Shown in pieces: positions 7,709 to 17,971 of a stretch of 64,000 bases of DNA; positions within the stretch are counted from its first letter, which is position 1, and each line of letters starts with the position of its first letter. The notes under the pieces were generated by a model. It ran no database searches, was not told the origin of the DNA, and worked only from the letters and a program-made list of their open reading frames with translations. Where the stretch lies: IMG/VR virus record IMGVR_UViG_3300045988_069781, positions 32,001 to 96,000 of that record. One strand, 5' to 3'. The position numbers and the translations under genes are program-made. This DNA comes from a virus.

Positions 7709-7803
7709 AGCAAAAAATAACTAAAACTAATATAGTATCATTAATTGGTATTATTTTATTCTACTTATTTTGTTTATTTTTTGCTTATTGTATTAGTGAT
7801 TAA
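7705..7803 (+). CDS. small hydrophobic peptide (32 aa)
   Basis: ATGA overlap with the previous stop. MKQKITKTNIVSLIGIILFYLFCLFFAYCISD. Below the ORF-track cutoff. Confidence 0.3.
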   Translation: MKQKITKTNIVSLIGIILFYLFCLFFAYCISD

Positions 7804-9750
7804 CTGTGTGCTTACCGTAGAATGGCACCGGGGAAAACGAGTCTCTCCCCCGTAGTAAGAAGCAGGGCGATTCTATAATAGTGGTATTGTAGCTGTACAC
7901 TTTAAAAGCAACAAGACAGCATATATATATTAGGAATATCAAAGGCCAAGAGGATTCGTATATATAGATAAGTAATACAGGATATGAGAATATGATAACA
8001 GCTAACACTGTGATTCAAAAGGTAATATGATAGCTTACTGTGGATTTATTACTTTATCCATGAAACATCAGTAAGAAAATGGGATAGCGTGCTAAACCCA
8101 TAAAATCTCAGAGAACCGTCTGGCGGAGATTTAAAAAACGCGATCTAGGTCAGCAGACACGAAGACAAATTCAGCAAAGGTATCGGCATCCTAAAGTAAA
8201 TATAGTTATGAGATGTATTTATGAGTGTATTGAAGTCTACACAAAGGAGAAACCTATGTCCGTGGGTACAATCATGTACGAAATCAAGAAGGGACTAAAC
8301 ACGAGTTGCCCCTTAGTTAAACATCCAAAAGTTTACTAAGTTATGACTCCTGACTAACGTTCTTGGGTGTGTCCAAAACATCCATTCTGAATCTATTACT
8401 GGAAGGTGTAGATAGGATAAAATGCTACTGTAGTGTTCTCTATAAGGTACCAAATGGTTTAAATTGGAACGTATACTTAATTGTATATAAAAGTAGATAT
8501 GAAGGCAGAGAGATTAATCGAGGGTGCTATTAGGTGCTACGTGAAGAAGTAAAACGGTACAATTCCGTAATCTTTTATTCTTGGAAGTAAAGGATAATAG
8601 TCTGTATTATTACTTTGGAACATATGGCTGAGAGGCTATGATCCATACAATGAACTTTAAATTCATTAAATATAATAAGAATTCGAGACTTTTATTATAT
8701 TTAAGTATGATAGATTATCCGGATTAGGTGCCAAACCTATACTTAATAGAACGATTAATACAAATGTGTCAGTGTTTGCTTCAAGTTATGACACAATAAT
8801 ATATGGAAAGAAGCAGGTTGTAAAAGTGTCCTATAACACTAACTACAGAATAACGACATCCTTTAGCAAGATGGTTACTTCGCAAGAAGTGAGAGGGATC
8901 TCAATAATTTACGTTATCGAAAAGTTAAATACGCCGGTAGAAACACCGTTACCTGAGAAGAAAGGTAGAAGTACAATCAGATCTCAGTCGGCTTTCCGAG
9001 AGATAAAAGGTGAAAGTCGGGCTAATGTATAGTCAATGGGCTAAATTCAAGTCTGTTAATCCAGAGAAACGTAAATGTTATGATATTTACCTGAATCCAA
9101 CGATTCATCACTGGCCCGAGAGTTAACGTCACTCTTAAACAAAAGCGAGGATAATATGTTTAACCTAAGTAGTGGCTACGCCCACGAAATAACAAATCCA
9201 GGGGAGTCCCCGCTAGGGATAGTAGAATCTGCTGTTGTATAGTAGTATATGTTTCCTGACTGCGTCCTTGGCAAGCCAACCGTTATTGCTAAATAAAACT
9301 AATAGAGTATATTGCGCAACAATATACGTTCATTAGAAAGCGTTTCATGAATCTTCATAGACTGGATACCTGTCGTGCGGAAAGAGTAGTGAAAAGTAGG
9401 TGGAAGTCCTCAATATTCGTGCTTGTAAAACAATCCTATGGACGGTTATATAATAATATATATTGTTATATGTAATTCCGTATAGGAAACTTAAAACCGT
9501 TGCTGCATTTGTAGGGCAGAACTAGTTAAGTAACGTTAGAAAACGACCGTATCTGTAACGGATTCGATAAAGTGGTAAATATTAACTTCTGGGTAATTAT
9601 AAGTTACATGACAGGCCAATCTGCATGTGCAACTGTCTTGCAAACAGTTATTTGTATTTGTGATTACTTGCTGAGATTAACCCCGAGACGCCGGGAAATA
9701 CTAAGTTAATATGATGAGCAATAGTTCCTTTCTCTTAAGCGTAAGAGAAT
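7804..9750 (+). ncRNA. large ORF-free, GC-elevated region; candidate giant structured RNA locus (strand not established)
   Basis: The only ORFs of 60 aa or more across 7804-10189 are two that look spurious. Hand-counted G+C is 31/60 at 7801-7860, 27/60 at 8101-8160 and 27/60 at 9361-9420, against 14/60 in coding 14101-14160. Many tetraloop hairpins are present. Confidence 0.4.
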
Positions 9751-10189
9751 TGTAAAATCTAAAGTAATGGTATTATAATATGTATATTAAATGTCTTAGA
9801 TCTCATTAGTCTAAAGAAAAAGCTGTACAGTATCAATAGTATGATAAGCTATTAATTTATTATATGTAGACACTCGTATAAATAATATTAATTCTGGTAT
9901 CCGAACTACTTTGTAGAAACAAGGAATGCAGAAAGGAAGAGGAAGTATCTACCTTGATTTCGATGTAAGTAAATCATTAATATGAAGATTATGCGTTTAA
10001 AACGAAAATATTTATACTTTGTAAAGGATTGTACTTGAATGTACGTAGACGATTAGACATATCCTCTATATAATAAAATCTATACAAAGAGAGCAAAACT
10101 CGTTAATTTAAACTCATAAAATATGTAAATCAATTGTTTAACATCTCCGTAGGTGGAATCAACCACGGAATCAAAAAAGGAATTTAAAA

Positions 10190-10729
10190 ATGGATAAATC
10201 AGTTGTTTTGGCATCACAGTGTGGTGCATCATTAGGTAAATATATTCTCACTATAGAGAAGAACTCAGTAGATCCGAACTATTCACGGAAAGTACAGAAC
10301 AATGAATTACGGACTAGTCAGCAGATTAATCTGTATTCAATCAAACCTATTAAGGTTAAACTTGCTCAGGAAGTAGAAAGTGCCGAAGGTACTAAGTTTG
10401 TAGAATATAATGGCGATTCAAAGTTACGGCTTCAGATTTCCGGTATTAACGACATTACGGACATTATCCCGAAGCCCAACGCCGAAAGTGTAAAGAATGC
10501 GATTACTCGGTTTGAAGCAACAGGTGAGATTACAATCTTTATTGATTATCCGGCATTGACAAAAGAAATCGTTGCTCTGAATATGGAGTCACGGGCTAAG
10601 CTTACAGCATTTGTCAATGAACAGATGCGGTTCATTAAAACATTTGAAACTGCAAACGAAACTGAAATTGCTGCTTGTAAAACAGCAATGGCCGCTGAAG
10701 GTATCGAAATTAATAATTATTTCGGATAA
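10190..10729 (+). CDS. hypothetical protein
   Basis: 179-aa ATG ORF. Confidence 0.65.
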   Translation: MDKSVVLASQCGASLGKYILTIEKNSVDPNYSRKVQNNELRTSQQINLYSIKPIKVKLAQEVESAEGTKFVEYNGDSKLRLQISGINDITDIIPKPNAESVKNAITRFEATGEITIFIDYPALTKEIVALNMESRAKLTAFVNEQMRFIKTFETANETEIAACKTAMAAEGIEINNYFG

Positions 10730-10737
10730 AGTAAACT

Positions 10738-11229
10738 ATGAGTACGCCTTTAACGAAAGAAGCGTTCCTAGACCTTCAGCATATGTTTGCTGATAAAGAC
10801 TTTATATCTTTGCTATTCATGGATGAGAAAGAAATAGCTAGATATATTCATGTCGAAAAAGACGGTAGTGTAACGTTAGGCAGAACAAAATATAAATTTA
10901 TCAATAGACTCTTTAAAGATGAGAAAGTATTGAGTACTAATGATATTTGTTTACGGCTTATTAAAGTCATTACTGGAAAAGGAGGGACGCGAAACAATGA
11001 AGCTTTTGATTGTCTTGTAAAAGATTTTACTAAAGCTTTAGATAAGGGAGATTACTCCTATGCTATTACTCGGATATTTATTGGTTATCGCTTAGGATAT
11101 CTAAACGATGTTGCAGCAATGCATACTTCTTCGGAAAAAGGTGAGGTAAGACTTTCGGATAAGCGAGTATTGGTACAAGATGGTTTTGGAGATTTCTATG
11201 CGATTAAAATAGGTAAGTATCCTAGTTAA
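10738..11229 (+). CDS. hypothetical protein
   Basis: 163-aa ORF starting 8 nt after the previous stop. Confidence 0.65.
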   Translation: MSTPLTKEAFLDLQHMFADKDFISLLFMDEKEIARYIHVEKDGSVTLGRTKYKFINRLFKDEKVLSTNDICLRLIKVITGKGGTRNNEAFDCLVKDFTKALDKGDYSYAITRIFIGYRLGYLNDVAAMHTSSEKGEVRLSDKRVLVQDGFGDFYAIKIGKYPS

Positions 11230-11320
11230 TTAAAGTTGACTATTCTAAAGTAATAAGAGTATTAAATGTATAATAGCAGATGTAACGCAACAATACAGAA
11301 AATATAATTATTACTTTTCA

Positions 11321-11371
11321 AGATATAACAAAGGACTTGCAGATGTAAGTCAAGTCCTTTCTATTATATCT
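11321..11371 (+). terminator. long composite hairpin downstream of 10738..11229
   Basis: AAAGGACTTG 11330-11339 pairs with CAAGTCCTTT 11351-11360 (10 bp). The stem is extended by AGATATAA 11321-11328 pairing with TTATATCT 11364-11371. Confidence 0.5.
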
Positions 11372-11527
11372 TATAAGGCTATGATAATGTATCTAAGGAT
11401 ACTAAGTGAAGGAAAGCTTCAAGAATAAGACGAAGATGTCATATCGGGATGAACATAGCCACAAAGTACAGGTAGTTGATCATATTCAAGTATACTTTTA
11501 TGTTTAATCAATTAAAATCAAAAGTAT

Positions 11528-12031
11528 ATGAAGAAAATTAAATCAACTGAAATTATTGAAAATCGTAAGAAGTATGACAAAGAGATTAAAAAGATGTGGA
11601 ATATTATTCGTACTGAAAATTTAATCGATAAGAATGCTACACGAAATTACGATATGAAAGCGTTGTTGGATACGATTACAGAAATGTCCAATAATCGAAT
11701 TCAGACCAAGCTGGATTCAATTGCTATTAATCTAGGCTTTAAGAGTCGTAAAGACTTTCCTAAAGAAAGTATCTATCCTATTATTTATACTCTATCTGAA
11801 AAGAATGAGTATCTAGTTCAGTTGGGATCTATTCCGACTATTAATCCTGGTTTGAAAGCTAAACTTGGTAAAAAGAAATTGTTTAAAACTGAAGAAATCA
11901 CTGCAGATTATATCACTAAATTAAAGAATAAACTGCAGCTAGAAATCAATGCTCTGAAGAAGAAGCTTGAAGATTTCAACAGTAATGCTGAAATAGATAT
12001 ATCTACTGCATATATGTATCTAGCAGCATAA
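11528..12031 (+). CDS. hypothetical coiled-coil protein
   Basis: 167-aa ORF. Confidence 0.65.
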   Translation: MKKIKSTEIIENRKKYDKEIKKMWNIIRTENLIDKNATRNYDMKALLDTITEMSNNRIQTKLDSIAINLGFKSRKDFPKESIYPIIYTLSEKNEYLVQLGSIPTINPGLKAKLGKKKLFKTEEITADYITKLKNKLQLEINALKKKLEDFNSNAEIDISTAYMYLAA

Positions 12032-12038
12032 GGTAAAC

Positions 12039-12163
12039 TGGTCTCCGTAAGTTATTTTAAAGTAGTCCAAGTATCTCTATTTTATAATTGTGATATATTC
12101 TAATAGCATAAAATAAAATTAAAATAATGAGTGGCAAGTGGGGTTCGAATCCCCGGAGATCAA
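12039..12163 (+). tRNA. tRNA-like element with T arm and acceptor closure but a 125-nt body
   Basis: TGGGG-TTCGAAT-CCCCG (12139-12155). GAGATCA (12156-12162) pairs with TGGTCTC (12039-12045), 7 bp with one G:U. No canonical D or anticodon arm could be found in between. Confidence 0.35.
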
Positions 12164-12206
12164 CAAGTCTCGAAATATTAATATTAACATTTTAAAAAGT
12201 AAAGTC

Positions 12207-13547
12207 ATGAAAAAAGATATCAAATCTCAAACAATTGACAATTCTACCAAAAAGTATCCGGTAGAAAGCAAAACATGGAAGTCTGATGTATATCAGGCTT
12301 TGAAATTAGGTTATAAAGTAGAAGCTTTAAACGAAGAGCAAGCTGAATATATTAAGAAGATTGAAACTAAGCTTGCAGAAAAGGCTGCAAAAGCCAAAGT
12401 AAAAGAAGAGATGAAACAAACTCTTCTGAAAAAGATGTCAGATATAATGAAAGCTAAAAAAGCAGCAATTGTATCTGCAGCTAATGATCTAGCTGATAGA
12501 ATTATTCTTCGTGCTATCGAGAAAGAAGAGCAGAAGAAAAAATTCGATGAAGTCGATAAGAAAATTAAGGATAAGGTCAAGAAAGACAGAATGGCAATAG
12601 CCGAAAAGAAATGTAAACGTAAAGCAGAATTACGTAATAAGACTATTCCTAGTCCTGAAGCTATAGCTAATGCTAAGAAACAACAAGATTTTCTTGCAAA
12701 AGCTCATGCTGTTAAACGTGAAGAGATTGAAGCTCGTCTTAACAAGAAAGAAGAATTTATGAATCAATCTATAGAAGAGCGAAATAAAAAACATGAAGAA
12801 CGTGTTAAACGTGATACAGAATATGCTCTTAAACGATTACATCATAAAGAGATCAAACTTAAACGTACTACAAAGGCTGAGAGAATTGAAGCAATTAAGG
12901 CTAAAAAAGAAGCTGGTAAAGCAGCTTTTAATGCTGAAATGAAACGTCAAGCTTCAGAAATTGCAGCAGACCGTCAAGGTTATGCCAATCGCGTAGAGAA
13001 ACGTAGACGTACTGAAACAGAGCGTCTTGCAAGGATTGCAGAGCGTAGAAAACTACGTAAAGATAAGATTTTTACAGAACATCTTAAACAACAAAAGATT
13101 CAACAATTGAATCTTAAACGTTTTATAGAATCTGAAAAAGCTCGTCTAGCACGAAAAGAAGAAAAACGTGTTAAGTATCTTACTACGGGTGGAATAAAAA
13201 TTCCTAAAGTAAAGAACAATGTTGCTGTAGATAAAACTAGAGCAGAAGAATATATTAAAGCTGCAGAAGTAAAAATGAAGGATGAAAAAGTACGTTATTT
13301 AATACGTATTGCATCAATTGCTTCATCAGAAATTATAAGTGATTCTGTTTGTGCATTCATTTGTAAACCAGAAGAACTTAACAAACGTATGAAAGAAGCT
13401 CATAACAAACACATGAAAGAAGAACCTGATACATATGTAGGTATTTATGCTTACTCTGGCATCGGTAAAGATCAGAAATGTGTAAGTGAAATGCTAAACG
13501 ATAAATTTAAAGATCGTAGTAGACTTTCTAAAAGCAATGCAGCATAA
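12207..13547 (+). CDS. Lys/Glu/Arg-rich coiled-coil protein
   Basis: ATG at 12207. The track start at 12138 is a GTG reading through the tRNA-like T arm. Confidence 0.7.
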   Translation: MKKDIKSQTIDNSTKKYPVESKTWKSDVYQALKLGYKVEALNEEQAEYIKKIETKLAEKAAKAKVKEEMKQTLLKKMSDIMKAKKAAIVSAANDLADRIILRAIEKEEQKKKFDEVDKKIKDKVKKDRMAIAEKKCKRKAELRNKTIPSPEAIANAKKQQDFLAKAHAVKREEIEARLNKKEEFMNQSIEERNKKHEERVKRDTEYALKRLHHKEIKLKRTTKAERIEAIKAKKEAGKAAFNAEMKRQASEIAADRQGYANRVEKRRRTETERLARIAERRKLRKDKIFTEHLKQQKIQQLNLKRFIESEKARLARKEEKRVKYLTTGGIKIPKVKNNVAVDKTRAEEYIKAAEVKMKDEKVRYLIRIASIASSEIISDSVCAFICKPEELNKRMKEAHNKHMKEEPDTYVGIYAYSGIGKDQKCVSEMLNDKFKDRSRLSKSNAA

Positions 13548-13582
13548 TTATTACAGGGGTGCGACTGTTCAACGCACAATCT

Positions 13583-13654
13583 AGCGGGATGGCGCAAAGG
13601 TAGCGCGTAGCTTTCACGAGGCTGAGGTTGATAGTTCGAATCTATCTCCCGCAA
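13583..13654 (+). tRNA. tRNA-Val (anticodon CAC)
   Basis: Cloverleaf by hand. Acceptor AGCGGGA/TCCCGCA (A1:A72 mismatch). D arm GCGC-AAAGGTA-GCGC. Anticodon arm TAGCT-TTCACGA-GGCTG. Variable loop AGGTT. T arm GATAG-TTCGAAT-CTATC. Confidence 0.8.
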
Positions 13655-13965
13655 GGTCACTAAAGTAGATACTTCCACGTAGTGTGACTGGATTAAAACT
13701 AAAATCTACTTAAAATAAATAATATGAAATCAGAACCAGAACAAATCGCAGAAGAAAAAGGATATACAATAACAGATAAAGGTATTGTAAGAAATTAGGA
13801 TAAATATATCTAAATACGCTAATATGAAATATGATGAGAATTTAATAAAATCTATAAAAGAAGATAGATATAAAGGAATGTGTTATAAGGAATTAATTAC
13901 GAAATATAATATTAAAAATAAAAGTTCTTTATCATATATTCTAAATTGCAGATAACCATAGTACT

Positions 13966-15885
13966 ATGAAAATTAAAGGAAAGACTTGTGTAGTCTTTGA
14001 TATTGAAGTTTTAAAGAACGTATTTACTTGTACTTGTAAGAATACTGAAACAAAACAAATTACAGTATTTGAAATATCTCCAAGAAGAGTAGATATAGAA
14101 GATTTAGCTCTTACATTCTTCTATGAAGATTTCTATTTTGTAGGTTATAATAATATACATTATGATAATCCTATACTAAACTATATTATAATGTTATATA
14201 GAGAACATTATTTTAATAGATATAGTACTAGAGAATTAACTGAATCAATATTTAGAATGAGTCAATTAGTAATTGATAAAAATTCTGATTTTGATTTATG
14301 GAAAGAGTATAAATACGCTAGAAACTTCTTATCAATAGATCTATTAACAATGCTATATTCTAAAGCTTTACGAGTATCTTTAAAAGAGATGCAAGTAACA
14401 ATGCAATATAAGAATGTAGAAGAATTCGTAGTAGATTGGCATCAAGACCTTCCTGAAAAGGATATAGATAGATTAATATCATATAATATAAATGATGTAG
14501 AATCTACCGAAGAATTACTATATAGATGTAAAGATCTATTAGAATTGCGTATAGAAACTGAAAAAGATTTTGGATTACCTTGCTTAAGTTTAGATCGAGT
14601 AAATCTAGGAGATAGATTACTTCAATTAAAAGTAATGGAAAAGACAGGATTAAATAAGAAGCAATTAGAGAATATGAAATCTCCAGCTAATTATGTAGAT
14701 CTTGAAAAAGTAATATTTCCTTGGATAAAATTTGAATCTCCAATATTGCAAAAAAAGTTAACTGATATGAAAAATCAGCATAATGTATCACCAGGTAGAA
14801 AAGGATATATAAATACTTTTATGTTTGGTGAAATGAAAGTAACTATTGGAGTAGGTGGAATTCATGGTGATAATGGTACTTGTATTATTAAACCAAATGA
14901 AGATGAATTATTATTAGATAGCGATGTTAACTCACTATACCCATCTCTTATGAGAATGTATCATCTTTATCCACCTAAGTTAAAGGATGTATTAGGACAA
15001 ATATTTCCACAAATTATTGATGATCGATTAGAATTTAAGAGGACTGGTCAAAAAAACAAAAACGAAACATATAAATACATGTTAAATGGTGTATCAGGTA
15101 AAATGCAAGATGAAACATCTTGGTTATTTTCACCATTTACTGTTATGCAAGTAAGAATTAATGGTCAATTATTACTTTTAATGCTCGCTGAAAGACTCTT
15201 AAAGTTAGGATGCAAATTATATCAGATTAATACTGATGGTATTTTATATAAGCTTAAAAAGTCTAAATATGAAGAATTACAGCAAGTATTAAAAGAATGG
15301 GAAAAGCTCACTATGCTTACTCTGGAAACTGAAGAATTTACTCAGTTTTATCAATTGGCAATTAATGATTATTTTGGAGTAGAACCTAATAATAAAATAA
15401 AAAAGAAAGGATTCTTTCTGACTGATATTGAATTAGGTAAAGGTTTAACTCCTAAAATTATACCTGAAGCAATTATAAATTACTTTGTACATAATATTCC
15501 AGTAGAAGATACAATTAAGTCTTGTAAAGATATATGTAAATTCTTACAAGCTGAAAAAACTGGTAAACAATGGACAGTTGAGTATAATGAACAAATTCAA
15601 CAAAGAATTAATCGTTTCTATGTTAGTAATAGTGGATATTATTTATGGAAATGGAAATTAGATGATACTGGTAGAAAGTCTTATCAAATAATGTTAAAAG
15701 ATCATGGAGTAAGATTACATAATAAATTTTATTCTGATGAGGATCTTCAATGGAAATACTCTCAAGGAGAGACATTCCAAAGTATTTATGATATAGATTA
15801 TCAATATTATATTAATCAGTGTATAAAAGTAATTGAAAAATTAAAACCAAAGCAGTTAAATCTGTTTAATTTTGACGAATATTAA
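13966..15885 (+). CDS. family B DNA polymerase with 3'-5' exonuclease domain
   Basis: Exo I VVFDIEV, Exo II YNNIHYDNPIL, Exo III YNINDVEST. Pol motif A DSDVNSLYPSLM, motif B KYMLNGVSGKM, motif C INTDGILY. Confidence 0.85.
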   Translation: MKIKGKTCVVFDIEVLKNVFTCTCKNTETKQITVFEISPRRVDIEDLALTFFYEDFYFVGYNNIHYDNPILNYIIMLYREHYFNRYSTRELTESIFRMSQLVIDKNSDFDLWKEYKYARNFLSIDLLTMLYSKALRVSLKEMQVTMQYKNVEEFVVDWHQDLPEKDIDRLISYNINDVESTEELLYRCKDLLELRIETEKDFGLPCLSLDRVNLGDRLLQLKVMEKTGLNKKQLENMKSPANYVDLEKVIFPWIKFESPILQKKLTDMKNQHNVSPGRKGYINTFMFGEMKVTIGVGGIHGDNGTCIIKPNEDELLLDSDVNSLYPSLMRMYHLYPPKLKDVLGQIFPQIIDDRLEFKRTGQKNKNETYKYMLNGVSGKMQDETSWLFSPFTVMQVRINGQLLLLMLAERLLKLGCKLYQINTDGILYKLKKSKYEELQQVLKEWEKLTMLTLETEEFTQFYQLAINDYFGVEPNNKIKKKGFFLTDIELGKGLTPKIIPEAIINYFVHNIPVEDTIKSCKDICKFLQAEKTGKQWTVEYNEQIQQRINRFYVSNSGYYLWKWKLDDTGRKSYQIMLKDHGVRLHNKFYSDEDLQWKYSQGETFQSIYDIDYQYYINQCIKVIEKLKPKQLNLFNFDEY

Positions 15886-15930
15886 CAAAAACTATCATAC
15901 TCTAGAACAGATGAATTAAATTAATTCATT

Positions 15931-16491
15931 ATGATACTAGAAATAGATACAAGTCTATTAAAAAAAATAGACAATCTTTCATTAAGTCAGCTAGTATTTT
16001 TAAATCTTGTATTAGACAATAATCAAAAATCTATCAAAGAGGTCAAAGACATCGTTAGCCAGGTCAGCGACAATGATATACAAGATTTAATCGACAGAGG
16101 ATTTCTTATCAGAGAAGAAAAAGCTAAAAAAGTTTCTTATAAAGAAACCGAACTATTAGTAAACATTATTACTGGTAATGCAGATTTATTTGAAGAATTT
16201 AAAAAGCATTATCCTATAGTAGTAGTAAGACCTGATGGTACTAAAGGCTTTTTACAAGGTAATTCAAAGAAATGTAGAACTTTATATAATAAGATCGTTA
16301 AAAACGATATTATTTTACATAATCATATTATTCAATGTTTAGAGAAAGAAGTATCGGATAAACTTATGAGTGGTAAAATAGGTTATATGAAGACTATGTG
16401 GAAATGGCTTACTAATTCTGAATGGGAAATTTATGAAGAACAAATTAATGAACCAATAAAAGATAATCTCTATGGAACAGAACTTATCTAG
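15931..16491 (+). CDS. hypothetical protein
   Basis: 186-aa ORF between the polymerase and the helicase. Confidence 0.65.
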   Translation: MILEIDTSLLKKIDNLSLSQLVFLNLVLDNNQKSIKEVKDIVSQVSDNDIQDLIDRGFLIREEKAKKVSYKETELLVNIITGNADLFEEFKKHYPIVVVRPDGTKGFLQGNSKKCRTLYNKIVKNDIILHNHIIQCLEKEVSDKLMSGKIGYMKTMWKWLTNSEWEIYEEQINEPIKDNLYGTELI

Positions 16492-17428
16492 TCCCTTACC
16501 ATTTAAACATATATCCGTAGCTGCTGATGAAGCAGTTACCTATATAAAACAGCGTAAAAATCATGAAATTGAACCACTTAAAAGTAGGTGGAATAAATTT
16601 AATTTTATGTGCTGTGGTGGTATTGAACCAGGATGTGTTTATACTATAGTAGGAGCTTCTGGTACTGGTAAATCATCATTTGTAAATACGCTTGAAACTG
16701 ATTTAATTGAACTTAATCCTGATAAGGAATTAGTTGTATTATCATTTTCTTTTGAAATGCTCTCTAGTAGACAAGTAGGAAGAAAACTATCTAATAAGTT
16801 GCGTCACACAACTTCAGAGCTATATAGTGCATCAGAAGATGTTTCTGATAGTTTGCTACAGGATATTGAAAAAGAAGTAGAAGTTATTAAACAATATCCT
16901 ATCTATTATGTAGATGAATTAGCTACAGTAAGTAAGATAGAAGATACTATAACATATTTTCAAAATACGATTGCAAAAGATAAATGGCTTATCATATTTC
17001 TAGATCATACATTATTGGTCGAAGGAAATGACACTAATGATGAGCGAAAAATTATAGCAGCATTAGAAAGAGTATTTATTAGAGCTAAGAAAGTTGGTAA
17101 AACAAGTATAATTCAACTTTCTCAAATGAATCGTAATATTGAAATGCCTGAAAGGATTATAAATCCATCAAGTCATTATCCTATGAGAAGTGACTTATCA
17201 TCCTCAGATTCTGTATTTCAAGGCAGTGACGTTATAGCAGTTTTATCAAGACCTGAAACATTGGGTATTACTGCATACGGACCGTCACGATTACCTGTAC
17301 AAAATAAAGTATATCTACACTTTTTAAAAGTTAGAGAAGGCAAATTAGCCATACTTGAATATGAGAACGATCTGCAATATAACAACTTAATTGAAGTAGA
17401 TAGATCTGAGAATAAACCACAGTATTAA
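16472..17428 (+). CDS. DnaB-like replicative helicase (RecA-fold ATPase domain)
   Basis: Walker A GASGTGKSS, SFEM, Walker B IIFLDHTLL, IIQLSQMNR. Confidence 0.75.
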   Translation: MEQNLSSPLPFKHISVAADEAVTYIKQRKNHEIEPLKSRWNKFNFMCCGGIEPGCVYTIVGASGTGKSSFVNTLETDLIELNPDKELVVLSFSFEMLSSRQVGRKLSNKLRHTTSELYSASEDVSDSLLQDIEKEVEVIKQYPIYYVDELATVSKIEDTITYFQNTIAKDKWLIIFLDHTLLVEGNDTNDERKIIAALERVFIRAKKVGKTSIIQLSQMNRNIEMPERIINPSSHYPMRSDLSSSDSVFQGSDVIAVLSRPETLGITAYGPSRLPVQNKVYLHFLKVREGKLAILEYENDLQYNNLIEVDRSENKPQY

Positions 17429-17435
17429 TTTAATT

Positions 17436-17960
17436 TTGGCTAACATGACTACAACATTTTTGAATAAAAAGGGTAACAATAATAACTTTAACTTTAACAC
17501 TTACGATTTCTTGAATCCGTATTACGAGAAGATCAGTAAGAAAAAAGATGATAATTATATTGATAATCTTCTGACAAAAGCTTTTAAGAATTTAGTTCCT
17601 TGGGCAAAGAAAGAAGATAAGAAAGATAACATTTATATCATCTTCGGTGATGAACCGACGAAAAAATATACGTTTGAGAAGCCGAGTTTTACAATTACAA
17701 ATATTTCTCCTACTTCTCTGAATCTGGAATGGAATAAAGCAGCTACACATTTGTTGGAATGTGCATATTATGCTAATAATCCTACTTATGATTTTATTAT
17801 CTGTGATACACCGATTAAAATTCATGGTAATTATATTCAGGTAGGTTCGGAAATTATTCCGACATTTACTCGTTCTGATTTCTTTACAACTATGAAAAAA
17901 GAAGATCAGATTAACATTTATAATATTGCAGTAGAAATTAACGCTATTTTTGCTGCGTAA
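17436..17960 (+). CDS. hypothetical protein (TTG 17436 or ATG 17445 start)
   Basis: 174-aa ORF. Confidence 0.6.
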   Translation: MANMTTTFLNKKGNNNNFNFNTYDFLNPYYEKISKKKDDNYIDNLLTKAFKNLVPWAKKEDKKDNIYIIFGDEPTKKYTFEKPSFTITNISPTSLNLEWNKAATHLLECAYYANNPTYDFIICDTPIKIHGNYIQVGSEIIPTFTRSDFFTTMKKEDQINIYNIAVEINAIFAA

Positions 17961-17971
17961 TTATTAACAAA

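Noticed and set aside
7793-9032. ORFs 7793..8008 (minus, 71 aa) and 8766..9032 (plus, 88 aa) inside the large ORF-free region
   Set aside because: They are isolated, unsupported by neighbouring genes or coupling, and lie in GC-elevated hairpin-rich sequence. The 8766 frame hits TAG and then TAA three codons later, so single stop-codon recoding does not extend it. Treated as chance ORFs.
8850-9045. A possible second group I intron core (AUAACGACAUCC at ~8851 and AAUGUAUAGUCAAUGGG at ~9025) within the large non-coding region
   Set aside because: The P7 pairing required by the model fails, since GACAU is present where GACUA is needed. No flanking exons with a restorable reading frame exist. Kept only as something an RF00028 scan should test.
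12138-12206. The N-terminal extension MGFESPEINKSRNININILKSKV of ORF 12138..13547
   Set aside because: It starts at a GTG inside a tRNA-type T arm (GGGGTTCGAATCCCC). The ATG at 12207 is the more plausible start.
13472-13678. Minus-strand ORF of 68 aa
   Set aside because: It overlaps the 3' end of 12207..13547 and the whole tRNA-Val gene on the opposite strand. Spurious.
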